This document shows positions 52,350 through 60,881 of a DNA stretch of 64,000 bases, in pieces. The notes under the pieces are model-generated. The model was not told the DNA's origin. It saw only the letters and a program-made list of their open reading frames with translations, and did no database searches. Every line of letters begins with the position of its first letter. Position 1 is the stretch's first letter. The stretch is from Myxococcales bacterium (lineage in GTDB: Bacteria; Myxococcota_A; Polyangia; Polyangiales; Polyangiaceae), in NCBI GenBank assembly GCA_043747615.1, contig JAYTOU010000053.1, forward strand, positions 91,923 through 155,922, written 5' to 3'. The position numbers and the translations under genes were made by a program.

Positions 52350-54236
52350 ATGACCGGAAAAGTCGCGCCGCCCGACACAGCCGGCAACCATGGCCTTCCC
52401 CAGCTAAATGACGACGATCATGACGACCACGACGCGACGGGCTTCGTCACCACTGCGCCGGAGCCTCTTTCTTCGGCGGCGGAGCACAAACGCACCAAGC
52501 CGTTCCTGATCGTCCTTCGAGGGAAGAACGTCGGGCAGCTCTATTCGATCGCCGGCGAAATGCTCATAGGGCGATCGGCGGACGTCGGACTTCGCATCGA
52601 CGAGCAAGGCGTCTCCCGGGTGCACGCGCGGATCCTTCAGGTCGACGACGGCTTCGTCATCGACGACATGAAGAGCGCCAACGGCACCTTCGTCAACGGC
52701 AAGAAGATCAACGGCGCGCACGCCATGGTGAGCGGCGACCGCGTCACGATCGGAGAGAGCATCCTCAAGTTCGAGTTTCAAGACGAGATCGAAGAAGAGG
52801 CACGTCGAAACCTGTTCAGCGCGTCCACGCGCAACCGGGTCACCGTCTCCGCCAAGCGCGCATGGTCCACGGATAGCTGGGAAAAGAAGCCTGCCGCGCA
52901 GAAGGTCACCTACGACAACCCGCAGGAGCTGGCAGCGGTCTTGAACCGGCTACAGCGCCTACCGCCCCTCGTCACCTCGTGGGAAATCGAGGAGCTCAAA
53001 AAGCTCATCGGCGACGCACAGGAAGGCCGGCGCTTTTTCCTTCAGGGGGGTGACTGCGCCGAGACGCTGGATGACTGCAACTCGAGCATCATCACCAACA
53101 AGCTCAAGATCCTCCTCCAGATGTCGCTCGTGCTCATCAGCGGCGTTCACCTTCCGATCGTGCGCGTCGGACGATTTGCAGGGCAGTACGCCAAGCCCCG
53201 CTCGAGCCCCACGGAGACCAAGAACGGGATCACGTTGCCGAGCTACGTGGGCGATCTCGTCAACCATCCGGAGTTCACCCCGGAGGCGCGGCGAGCCGAT
53301 CCTCAGCGTTTGCTCGAGTGCTACCAGCACGCCTCGATGACGCTCAATTTTATTCGTTCGCTCAGCGGCGGCGGCTTCGCAGACCTGCGGCGCCCTGAGT
53401 ACTACGACCTGTCGTTCTTCGATCGCGCGGAGCTGCCCGTCCAGTTGCGTGAGGAATACCTCAAGATGAGCCGGCAGATCGCCGAAGGCCTGCACTTCAT
53501 CAAGGCCCTCGGTGACGGCGCCGTCGACGAGCTCACCCGCGTGCAATTCTTCACCAGCCACGAGGCGCTCAGCCTGATCTACGAAGCTTCCCAAACGCGG
53601 GAAGTGCCGCGCGGCCAAGGCTTTTACGATCTCACGACCCACCTGCCCTGGATCGGCGACCGCACGCGCGCGCTCGGCGGTGCCCACGTCGAGTTCTTCC
53701 GCGGCATCTCGAACCCGGTAGGAATCAAGCTCGGCCCGAGCATCCCCACCGACGAAGCCGTGCAGCTCGTGCAGGCTCTCAACCCCGACAACGAACGCGG
53801 AAAGATCGTGCTCATCGTTCGCATGGGCGCATCCAAGATCGCGGCCAAGCTCCCGCCCCTCATCGCGGCGATCCGCAAGGCCGAGCTTAAAGTTCTTTGG
53901 GTCAGCGATCCCATGCACGGTAACGGGATGGTCACCAAGTCCGGCATCAAGACCCGCAACTTCGAGGACATCTTGGCGGAGGTCGAGTCGTCGCTCGACG
54001 TCCACGACAACGCTGGGTCGTACTTCGGCGGCATCCACTTCGAGCTCACCGGCGAAGACGTGACCGAGTGTATCGGTGGCGGGCTCACCGAGGAGGATCT
54101 CGACAAGGCGTACTTGACCGCCTGCGATCCGCGCCTCAACTACCGGCAGGCCGTGGAGATGGCCTTTCGCATTGCCACGCGCATGTCTGCGTCTACGCGC
54201 TCGGGACGCCCCTCGACCCATCCGCCTCCGCGCTAG
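52350..54236 (+). CDS. FHA domain fused to class II DAHP (3-deoxy-7-phosphoheptulonate) synthase
   Basis: FHA IGRS..VSRVHA..SANGTFVNG; LQGGDCAE, GRFAGQYAKPRS, TSHEAL, WIGDRTR, DPMHGN, TACDPRLN. Confidence 0.92.
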   Translation: MTGKVAPPDTAGNHGLPQLNDDDHDDHDATGFVTTAPEPLSSAAEHKRTKPFLIVLRGKNVGQLYSIAGEMLIGRSADVGLRIDEQGVSRVHARILQVDDGFVIDDMKSANGTFVNGKKINGAHAMVSGDRVTIGESILKFEFQDEIEEEARRNLFSASTRNRVTVSAKRAWSTDSWEKKPAAQKVTYDNPQELAAVLNRLQRLPPLVTSWEIEELKKLIGDAQEGRRFFLQGGDCAETLDDCNSSIITNKLKILLQMSLVLISGVHLPIVRVGRFAGQYAKPRSSPTETKNGITLPSYVGDLVNHPEFTPEARRADPQRLLECYQHASMTLNFIRSLSGGGFADLRRPEYYDLSFFDRAELPVQLREEYLKMSRQIAEGLHFIKALGDGAVDELTRVQFFTSHEALSLIYEASQTREVPRGQGFYDLTTHLPWIGDRTRALGGAHVEFFRGISNPVGIKLGPSIPTDEAVQLVQALNPDNERGKIVLIVRMGASKIAAKLPPLIAAIRKAELKVLWVSDPMHGNGMVTKSGIKTRNFEDILAEVESSLDVHDNAGSYFGGIHFELTGEDVTECIGGGLTEEDLDKAYLTACDPRLNYRQAVEMAFRIATRMSASTRSGRPSTHPPPR

Positions 54237-54603
54237 CTTCCACGGCAGCAAGCGCGAGCAGCGCCTTCGAGTGCGCGGCGACGATCTTGTCGGCGATGTC
54301 CTTCAGCAGCCATCCGCCGGTGAGAGCGTGCGACCATTTTGCAGCGACCATCGCCTCGTCCACGTCGGTCTTTGCGGCGAGGAGTGCGGTGACCTCCTTC
54401 ACGACGGGGAAAGTGCACCAGGCGATGAGCGCGTACTGCATCGTGGCGAGCGTTCCCTCCGGGTCGGCCTTCGTGCCCGCTTCGTTCTGGGCGACGATTT
54501 GCTCGACCAGCCGCTTACCGCCGAGGGCAAAGGCATTTCGCTCTTTCGGAAAATGCTCGCCAACGATGCTCCCCAGCAAGGCATGAAAGGCGTCGTCATT
54601 CAT
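54193..54603 (-). CDS. Hypothetical protein
   Basis: 136-aa ORF with helical, protein-like composition. Confidence 0.6.
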   Translation of the reverse strand: MNDDAFHALLGSIVGEHFPKERNAFALGGKRLVEQIVAQNEAGTKADPEGTLATMQYALIAWCTFPVVKEVTALLAAKTDVDEAMVAAKWSHALTGGWLLKDIADKIVAAHSKALLALAAVEASAEADGSRGVPSA

Positions 54604-54862
54604 GGGGCGACGATATCAGGAAGCGGCGCGTAGTTTCGATGTCAGAAGTTTCGGCAGTGAAGACCCGGGTCGGGCTCTCCATCACAGAGTCTTCAGGTGT
54701 TCCCGTTGGTATCGACGATGACGTGACGCGGCCGCTCGTCGGGCGGGGTGGCCATGGCTTCGAGGCTCGGCCATTGCTCTGCGTGTCCGACGCCGCGAGC
54801 TCGCCGTCGACCGCTTTCGGGAACGGCAGCTTCCTGCTGAAACCCTTCAAATAAAGGGACAT
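54596..54862 (-). CDS. Possible small disordered Ser/Thr/Pro-rich protein
   Basis: ORF fills the gap and overlaps the next gene start; no motifs. Confidence 0.35.
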   Translation of the reverse strand: MSLYLKGFSRKLPFPKAVDGELAASDTQSNGRASKPWPPRPTSGRVTSSSIPTGTPEDSVMESPTRVFTAETSDIETTRRFLISSPHE

Positions 54863-54942
54863 GCTCGTCGCGACGCGAGGATGCGAGTTCGGGAGGCGCA
54901 CCAAAGAAACGCGCGGCGTGCGCGCGGGCATTCCCGTTGCTT

Positions 54943-54957
54943 AGTAACTTAGTTACT
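54943..54957. promoter_or_regulatory. Perfect AT-rich 7-1-7 palindrome, putative operator
   Basis: AGTAACT-T-AGTTACT. Confidence 0.45.
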
Positions 54958-54963
54958 TATGCA

Positions 54964-56787
54964 TCAAGGCTTGGGCTCACGAGCGACGATGAGGCCGTCC
55001 TTGTAGTCGACGGTGACGTACCGATTCAGACCAAAGGTTCCGGGCTCGTAGCGTTTGACCTCCCCGTTCGGCCACCGAACTTCCATCGTCACCAGGGAGG
55101 TCGTGCCGGCGCAGCCTTTTTCACCGAGGCCGAACAGAAGAGCGCGCGAGTCGGCCGAGCTGTAGGTCCCGCGGCTCGATTTTACCTCGCGCACGTAGCG
55201 AGCTTCGCCGATCGAGAGGGTGACGCGCGCACCGAGTGCGTCGCGGTTGATCTTCACGCCGTCGCCGCGCAAACGCACACCGAGCCAGCCGTTCTTTTGG
55301 CCGATGGTGTTTTCGAAGAGGAAATTCGCTCGCCCCTTGCCGTCGTTGTCGCGGCCACCGACGAGCAGATCGAGATCACCGTCACCGTCGATGTCCGACC
55401 ATCCGAGGTTTTGCCCGGCCTTGACCTTGTCGCTCACGCCGGTGGGATCGTTGATGCCGCTGGTGAGCCCGACGCTGGTAAACATGCCGTCCGCGCCTTG
55501 GTGCATGAGGCCAAACCAGCTCTTTTGATCGGGCGTGGTGTAGTTGAGCTCGTACTTCCGGTCGCGGGTGACGGAGAGATCCACGTGGCCGTCGTTGTCG
55601 AAGTCCACGGCCGCGGCGTCGATGTCGCCTTCGTTGAACGGAAGCCCTCGATCGAGAAAGACGTTGGAAAATACGCCGCCCTTGTTGAGAAGGAGCTGCG
55701 ATGGATCGCTCCATTTTCGCGACTCGTCGCTGTCTACCGGATGCGAGATCGTGGCAAGCCACACATCCATGTGCCCGTCGCCGTCGATGTCCTGGCAATC
55801 GATCCCGAACCCGTTCGAGCCGACGTACGTTGCCGGATCTCCCGGCTGCACGGCGCGTCCGTTGCCGGTGCTCTCGAGGTAGTAGTTTCCAGTCGCCAGG
55901 GCGTGGAATCCGCTTGCCTGGGCCACGTTGGTGAAGACGCCGGTTCCGTCGTTTTGCCACAGAGTCTTCCAGCCGAGCCCGATGCTCACGCCGTAGTGGG
56001 ACACGAAGATGTCGAGATCGCCGTCGTCGTCGTAGTCACAAGTCACGACGCCGTTCGTGGGTTGAGCCGGCCGGTTCCTGAGGTTCTGGGTCATCAACGT
56101 GAACGTGCCGTCACCGACGCCGAAGAAGAGCTGATCGGCGATGGCGTCCGACGTTCCACCGTTCCCGGAGTACAGATCGAGGATGCCGTCGCCGTTGAAG
56201 TCGGCGAAGACGCCGTTGGCGGACATGACCGCCTGCTCGACGCCGGAGCGTTCCTTCTGGATGAAATGCCCCTTGCCGTCGTTGAGCCACAGGGACGATT
56301 TCGCTCCGGCGAGGTCGATGTCGAGACCGGCGAAGCAGTCCTGGTCTCCGTCGTTGTCGACGTCCCCGAACGTGAAGAACGCTGCCTGCACGGCGCGCAG
56401 GCCGGAGTCGTCGGAGAAGTCGCGAAACGACTTGTCGTGGTTGTTGAGAAACACGAGGTGCTCGAACGGAATCCCCTTTAGGGCGTTCGGGTAGAGGCTG
56501 TGCATGACGATGTCGTCGAAGCCGTCCCCGTCGAGGTCGGCGAAGGCGAGGCGACTGTGATCGTTGATGGGGATCGGCGTCGAGGGGCTCGCGACGAAGT
56601 TGCCTTTCTGAATCCCGCTGGCAAAGGAGATGTCGGCGAAGAAATCCTTCCCGAGATCAGCGAGGGGCGTCGGCGTGCAAGCCATGGCGCTCGGCGTCGA
56701 GGTGGCTTTGCCGTGCTGGGAGGAACAGCCGAAGACGGCGACGACCAGGAGGAGCGGGAAAGATGCCGAGCGGAGCAGGCTGCGCAT
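54964..56787 (-). CDS. FG-GAP repeat / ASPIC-UnbV (CRTAC1-like) lipoprotein
   Basis: VFGC lipobox; repeated DxDGDGxxD; NRDALGARV...LFGLG...EVRWPNG. Confidence 0.9.
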   Translation of the reverse strand: MRSLLRSASFPLLLVVAVFGCSSQHGKATSTPSAMACTPTPLADLGKDFFADISFASGIQKGNFVASPSTPIPINDHSRLAFADLDGDGFDDIVMHSLYPNALKGIPFEHLVFLNNHDKSFRDFSDDSGLRAVQAAFFTFGDVDNDGDQDCFAGLDIDLAGAKSSLWLNDGKGHFIQKERSGVEQAVMSANGVFADFNGDGILDLYSGNGGTSDAIADQLFFGVGDGTFTLMTQNLRNRPAQPTNGVVTCDYDDDGDLDIFVSHYGVSIGLGWKTLWQNDGTGVFTNVAQASGFHALATGNYYLESTGNGRAVQPGDPATYVGSNGFGIDCQDIDGDGHMDVWLATISHPVDSDESRKWSDPSQLLLNKGGVFSNVFLDRGLPFNEGDIDAAAVDFDNDGHVDLSVTRDRKYELNYTTPDQKSWFGLMHQGADGMFTSVGLTSGINDPTGVSDKVKAGQNLGWSDIDGDGDLDLLVGGRDNDGKGRANFLFENTIGQKNGWLGVRLRGDGVKINRDALGARVTLSIGEARYVREVKSSRGTYSSADSRALLFGLGEKGCAGTTSLVTMEVRWPNGEVKRYEPGTFGLNRYVTVDYKDGLIVAREPKP

Positions 56788-56886
56788 GGCCAGGTACTTA
56801 CATTGTATACTTCATCTGTCCAGTACGTTTAGCGACGAACCGCGTAGCGGTTTACCACGTACACTGTTTCGCGGAACCTCGCTTGC

Positions 56887-57501
56887 TCACGGGGCTCGTG
56901 GCTCTTCGGCCTGCTTCACGTCCGGAAAGAGCTTGGCGAATTGCGCGTAGCCTTCGACGGCGAGCCGCTCGGCGGGGACGAAGCGGAGCGACGCAGAGTT
57001 AATGCAGTACCGTTGACCGGTAGGTGCGGGCCCGTCGTCGAAGAGGTGCCCGAGGTGTGAGTCGGCGTGCTGCGACCTCACCTCCGTCCGAGACATCAAG
57101 AGTGATTTGTCTTCGTGCGTGCGGACGTTGCTCTTGTCGAGAGGAGCCCAGAAGCTCGGCCACCCCGTACCGGATTCGAACTTCTCTTTCGACGAAAAGA
57201 GCGGCTCGCCGGAGACGATGTCGACGTAAATTCCAGGGGCGTGGTTGTCCCAGTAGGCGTTGCGGAAGGGGCGCTCGGTTCCTTCTTTCTGGGTTACTTG
57301 GAACTGTTCGGCAGTGAGGTGCGCTTTGCGGGCATCGAGGTCCTGGGGGGTGACGGGCTTGGTCATGATCGTATCCTTTGAGCTGGGGAGCGAGCTGGCG
57401 ACGGAGCTGGGGGCGGCGGCGCTGGAGGCATTGGTAGGTTCCGAGCGACACGCCGACAGTAGAACCAAAAAAGCAAATGGCACGGCGATGATCCTGCTCA
57501 T
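56887..57501 (-). CDS. msrB: Peptide-methionine (R)-S-oxide reductase with lipoprotein signal
   Basis: [38 protein letters not shown] lipobox. Confidence 0.95.
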   Translation of the reverse strand: MSRIIAVPFAFLVLLSACRSEPTNASSAAAPSSVASSLPSSKDTIMTKPVTPQDLDARKAHLTAEQFQVTQKEGTERPFRNAYWDNHAPGIYVDIVSGEPLFSSKEKFESGTGWPSFWAPLDKSNVRTHEDKSLLMSRTEVRSQHADSHLGHLFDDGPAPTGQRYCINSASLRFVPAERLAVEGYAQFAKLFPDVKQAEEPRAP

Positions 57502-57578
57502 GTTCGATTCCTCACAAGATAACTACGGGCCAGCCCCCACAAAGGTTGCGGTCCGTCCAGGCTGAGGCGTGCCGCTCG

Positions 57579-59093
57579 TCAGTCTGCGGCGTACGCGACC
57601 ATGAGACGCCATACGAGGTGGATCGTGCCTACCACGGCAAGCCCGCGGCCAAGCCACGCGAGGGGCACGGGCCCCACGAGGAGAGCTTCATTTCCGGCGT
57701 CCGCCCACGCCATGTCGGCGACGGCGAGCGCGAAGCCGAGAACCGCGATCAGGCTGGGAAAAACGAAACGCCTCAGCCCGCCTCCCGCACTTGGCTCCGA
57801 CAGAACGATCGCTGGACGCGGAGGTTCAAGTGACGGCGGCCGTAGCGACGCGACCGCCGGAGGCCTGACCGACGCGATCGCCGGCGCCCGGAGCGACGCG
57901 CTCGCGATGCGCGGACGGGCGGACGGCGGACCTGCGTCGATCGCCTTCCAGTCGATGTCGAGAGCCTGGTTCGCTGCGGGCGCCACGTGTGGAAGCAACG
58001 ACGGCGTTTGAACCGGCGGTCTGCCGGAGGGTTGAACGGGCGGAGGCGCTGCACTGAGCATTCCGCCCCCGCGCAGCCTCTCGGCGGCGGCGACCATCGA
58101 AGGGGTAACGGCTGGCACCGGTCCGGTCACCCCGGCAGTGGACTCGAAGCCGAGCGCTGACTCGAGATCTCGCCAGAACACTCTCACGTCCTCGTGGCGG
58201 TCTGCGGGATCGACGGCGAGGGCGCGCTGAAACACCGCTTCGACGGCATCCGATACGAAAACACCTTCGGTCCTCGGCGTTGGTCGTCGGGCAGGATCCG
58301 TCGCGATCGCCTTCATCGTCTCGAGATCGCCCTCGATGAGCGTCCGCCCAGCCATCAGCTCGGAAAGCGTGAGCGCCAAGCCCCACACGTCGGTCCACGC
58401 CCCCATGCTTCCGTAGCGATGCGGACTCCACTGCTCCGGGGCCGCGTAGGAGGGCGTGAACGACATGACCGCGGGCTTCGCGTTCGGTTTGCGATCGAGA
58501 ATTTGCGAGGTCGCGCTGCGGACCTGAGCGATCCCGAAATCGAGAATCTTCGTCGTCTTCTCGTCGTTGACGACCGCGAGCAAAATGTTTTCCGGCTTCA
58601 CGTCGCAGTGCGCGATGCACTGCAGACCATCCGGCCCCTTGAAATGATGCGCCCTCGCAAGCGCGCGAGCGACGGGCTGCACCACGCGAAATGCTTCGTC
58701 GATCGAATAGGGCGGCTCGCCGCGCGCGGCCCGCTTCGCGACCAGTGAGTCGAGGGACTCTCCTTCGATCCATTCGAGCGCCATGAAGGGAACGAACGCG
58801 CCGGTGTCCGTGGAGATCACCCCGACGTGCAGGGGGCGAACGACGGCGGCGATGGTGGAGGACAGACGAAACATGACCTCCGCCTCCGCTCTGAATTTTT
58901 CGAGAACTTGTTTTTGCTCGTCCTCGGAAAGCCCCTCGGGGAGCTTGAGGAGCTTCAGCGCGACGGGCGCTTTGAATGCGCCGTGATACGCTCGGTAGAC
59001 GACGCCCCAGCCACCTTCGGCGACCATGCGCTCGACGTGGTACGTCCCAGCTTGGGTGGTGCCGACGATTCCGAACGGGTCTTGGTTGGCCAT
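57579..59093 (-). CDS. Ser/Thr protein kinase with Pro-rich linker and C-terminal TM segments
   Basis: AEGGWGVV, ALK, HCDVKPEN, DFG, YAAPEQ, DVWGL. Confidence 0.9.
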   Translation of the reverse strand: MANQDPFGIVGTTQAGTYHVERMVAEGGWGVVYRAYHGAFKAPVALKLLKLPEGLSEDEQKQVLEKFRAEAEVMFRLSSTIAAVVRPLHVGVISTDTGAFVPFMALEWIEGESLDSLVAKRAARGEPPYSIDEAFRVVQPVARALARAHHFKGPDGLQCIAHCDVKPENILLAVVNDEKTTKILDFGIAQVRSATSQILDRKPNAKPAVMSFTPSYAAPEQWSPHRYGSMGAWTDVWGLALTLSELMAGRTLIEGDLETMKAIATDPARRPTPRTEGVFVSDAVEAVFQRALAVDPADRHEDVRVFWRDLESALGFESTAGVTGPVPAVTPSMVAAAERLRGGGMLSAAPPPVQPSGRPPVQTPSLLPHVAPAANQALDIDWKAIDAGPPSARPRIASASLRAPAIASVRPPAVASLRPPSLEPPRPAIVLSEPSAGGGLRRFVFPSLIAVLGFALAVADMAWADAGNEALLVGPVPLAWLGRGLAVVGTIHLVWRLMVAYAAD

Positions 59094-59330
59094 GAAGGGT
59101 GGCGCGCGCGTGTGCCGATGCGCGTCTGGCCGAATGTACCATCCCCATGGGTGGTGCAGAGCAACCCGTTCGCGGAACTTGCCCAACCACGGCGCGAACT
59201 CGGCTATTTTTGCCCTTCGATGAAAGTCGACACGTCGAGATGGCAAGTTTCGGCGAGTCCGGTAGACGCGCTCGACGTGTTCGGGGGATGACTCAGGAGT
59301 GGGACGCGAAGACAAGGTATAGTGGCTTTC

Positions 59331-60704
59331 ATGGCAAGAACGCTAAGCGTCGCATCGCTACTCAAGTTCGAGGACCTCGCGTCGTCGGCCAGCGACCCGG
59401 CCGCGGTCTCCTATCTCCGCGCGCTCATCGAGAATGCCGACGACATCGACTGCTACAAGGTGAACGCGTTTCGCGTCGCCGCGGAGATCGGCGTGTCGCG
59501 CCCCGCGTCCCTGCGCGCGCTTCTTTTCGCGACGCGGCTCGGGCTCTTCGATCTCAACTGGGACGTACGATGCCCGTCCTGCACGGGTACGCCCGATTTC
59601 CATCGTCACCTCATGCAGCTTCAACGAAGCGCGCACTGCGGGCTGTGCAATCTCAACTGGGAGGTCGAGTTCGACGAGCAGGTCGAGGTGACGTTCACCG
59701 TGAATCCGGACGTACGGAAGCTCGACGTCCGCGACTTCCGCCTCCTCGTTTTCCCTGAAAATATAGCCTATTTCAACACGATCAACGGTCGTGAGAAGCG
59801 GCTGCCGCATGCCCGCGTGATGTGTGACCCACACACGAACGCGACGCTCGAGATGGCGCTTCTTCCGGGCCAATACCGTTACGAGATCCCCGGCTACCCC
59901 GACGTGGGAGGCAACATCTTCGTGTCTGACGGACCGAGCGTTCTCGATCAGAGGGCCGCGATCGCCGTCTCCGCCGACGGTTCGATCGACGTCCGCACTC
60001 TCAAATTCGCGCCGGGCATCGTGAAGGTGAGCATCGCGTTCGGTTTTGGGCAGCACTGGCCACTCCTCGTTCAGCGCGTCGAGGCCCCGACGAACTGGGT
60101 GTCCGCGGCGTACGTCACGAGCCAGCAGGATTTTCGAGACCTCTTCTCCGGCGAGTTCCTAGCGCCCGGTCTCTCCTTCGCGATGCGCTCGATCACCTTG
60201 ATGTTCACGGACATCCGTGGCTCCACGGAGATGTACGAAACCCTCGGGGACGGATCCGCCTACGCGCTCGTCCAGGAGCACTTCAAGCTCATGAGCGACG
60301 CGATCCGTGAGCACGAAGGCGCGATCGTAAAGACAATAGGAGACGCCGTGATGGCCGCGTTCCCCCTCAACGCCAACGCCGTCCGGGCCGCGCTCGCCAT
60401 TCAGAGTGGCTTCACCGCGCACGCTGGCCGCCTCAAGGGAATCGAGGTAAAAATCGGTCTTCACCGTGGGCCGACGATCGCGGTGACGTCCAACCGCGCG
60501 CTGGATTATTTCGGGCGCACCGTGAACGTGGCGGCGCGTGTGCAAGGTGAAGCTCGACCACGGCAGGTCCTCCTCTCGGAGGCCGTGCTCTCGGATCCCG
60601 CCGTCCGCACGCTGCTCGACGAGCGCGGCATCGCAATCGAGCCGTTCGAGGCCCACCTCAAAGGTGTCGCGAAGCCGATGTCGCTCGGCTCGGTTTCGCC
60701 CTAA
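59331..60704 (+). CDS. Class III adenylate/guanylate cyclase with N-terminal DUF5939-like Cys domain
   Basis: WDVRCPSC..HCGLC..VEVTFTV; MFTDIRGST, VKTIGDAVMA, DYFGRTVNVAARV. Confidence 0.9.
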   Translation: MARTLSVASLLKFEDLASSASDPAAVSYLRALIENADDIDCYKVNAFRVAAEIGVSRPASLRALLFATRLGLFDLNWDVRCPSCTGTPDFHRHLMQLQRSAHCGLCNLNWEVEFDEQVEVTFTVNPDVRKLDVRDFRLLVFPENIAYFNTINGREKRLPHARVMCDPHTNATLEMALLPGQYRYEIPGYPDVGGNIFVSDGPSVLDQRAAIAVSADGSIDVRTLKFAPGIVKVSIAFGFGQHWPLLVQRVEAPTNWVSAAYVTSQQDFRDLFSGEFLAPGLSFAMRSITLMFTDIRGSTEMYETLGDGSAYALVQEHFKLMSDAIREHEGAIVKTIGDAVMAAFPLNANAVRAALAIQSGFTAHAGRLKGIEVKIGLHRGPTIAVTSNRALDYFGRTVNVAARVQGEARPRQVLLSEAVLSDPAVRTLLDERGIAIEPFEAHLKGVAKPMSLGSVSP

Positions 60705-60881
60705 CCTTCATTCCCGCCAGGCACGGCTCGCTCCCCGCGAAGACGCGTTCGTCATTGGCGCAGCCGTCTCGGAAGAGTCTCCGACGCGAGGAACCTGGGA
60801 CCTGAGCCACCAGCATGGCATAAGAGTCCGACGCTACTGTACTCAGGCACTCGTATTCCGCCCCATAGGAGCCAAAGCCCG

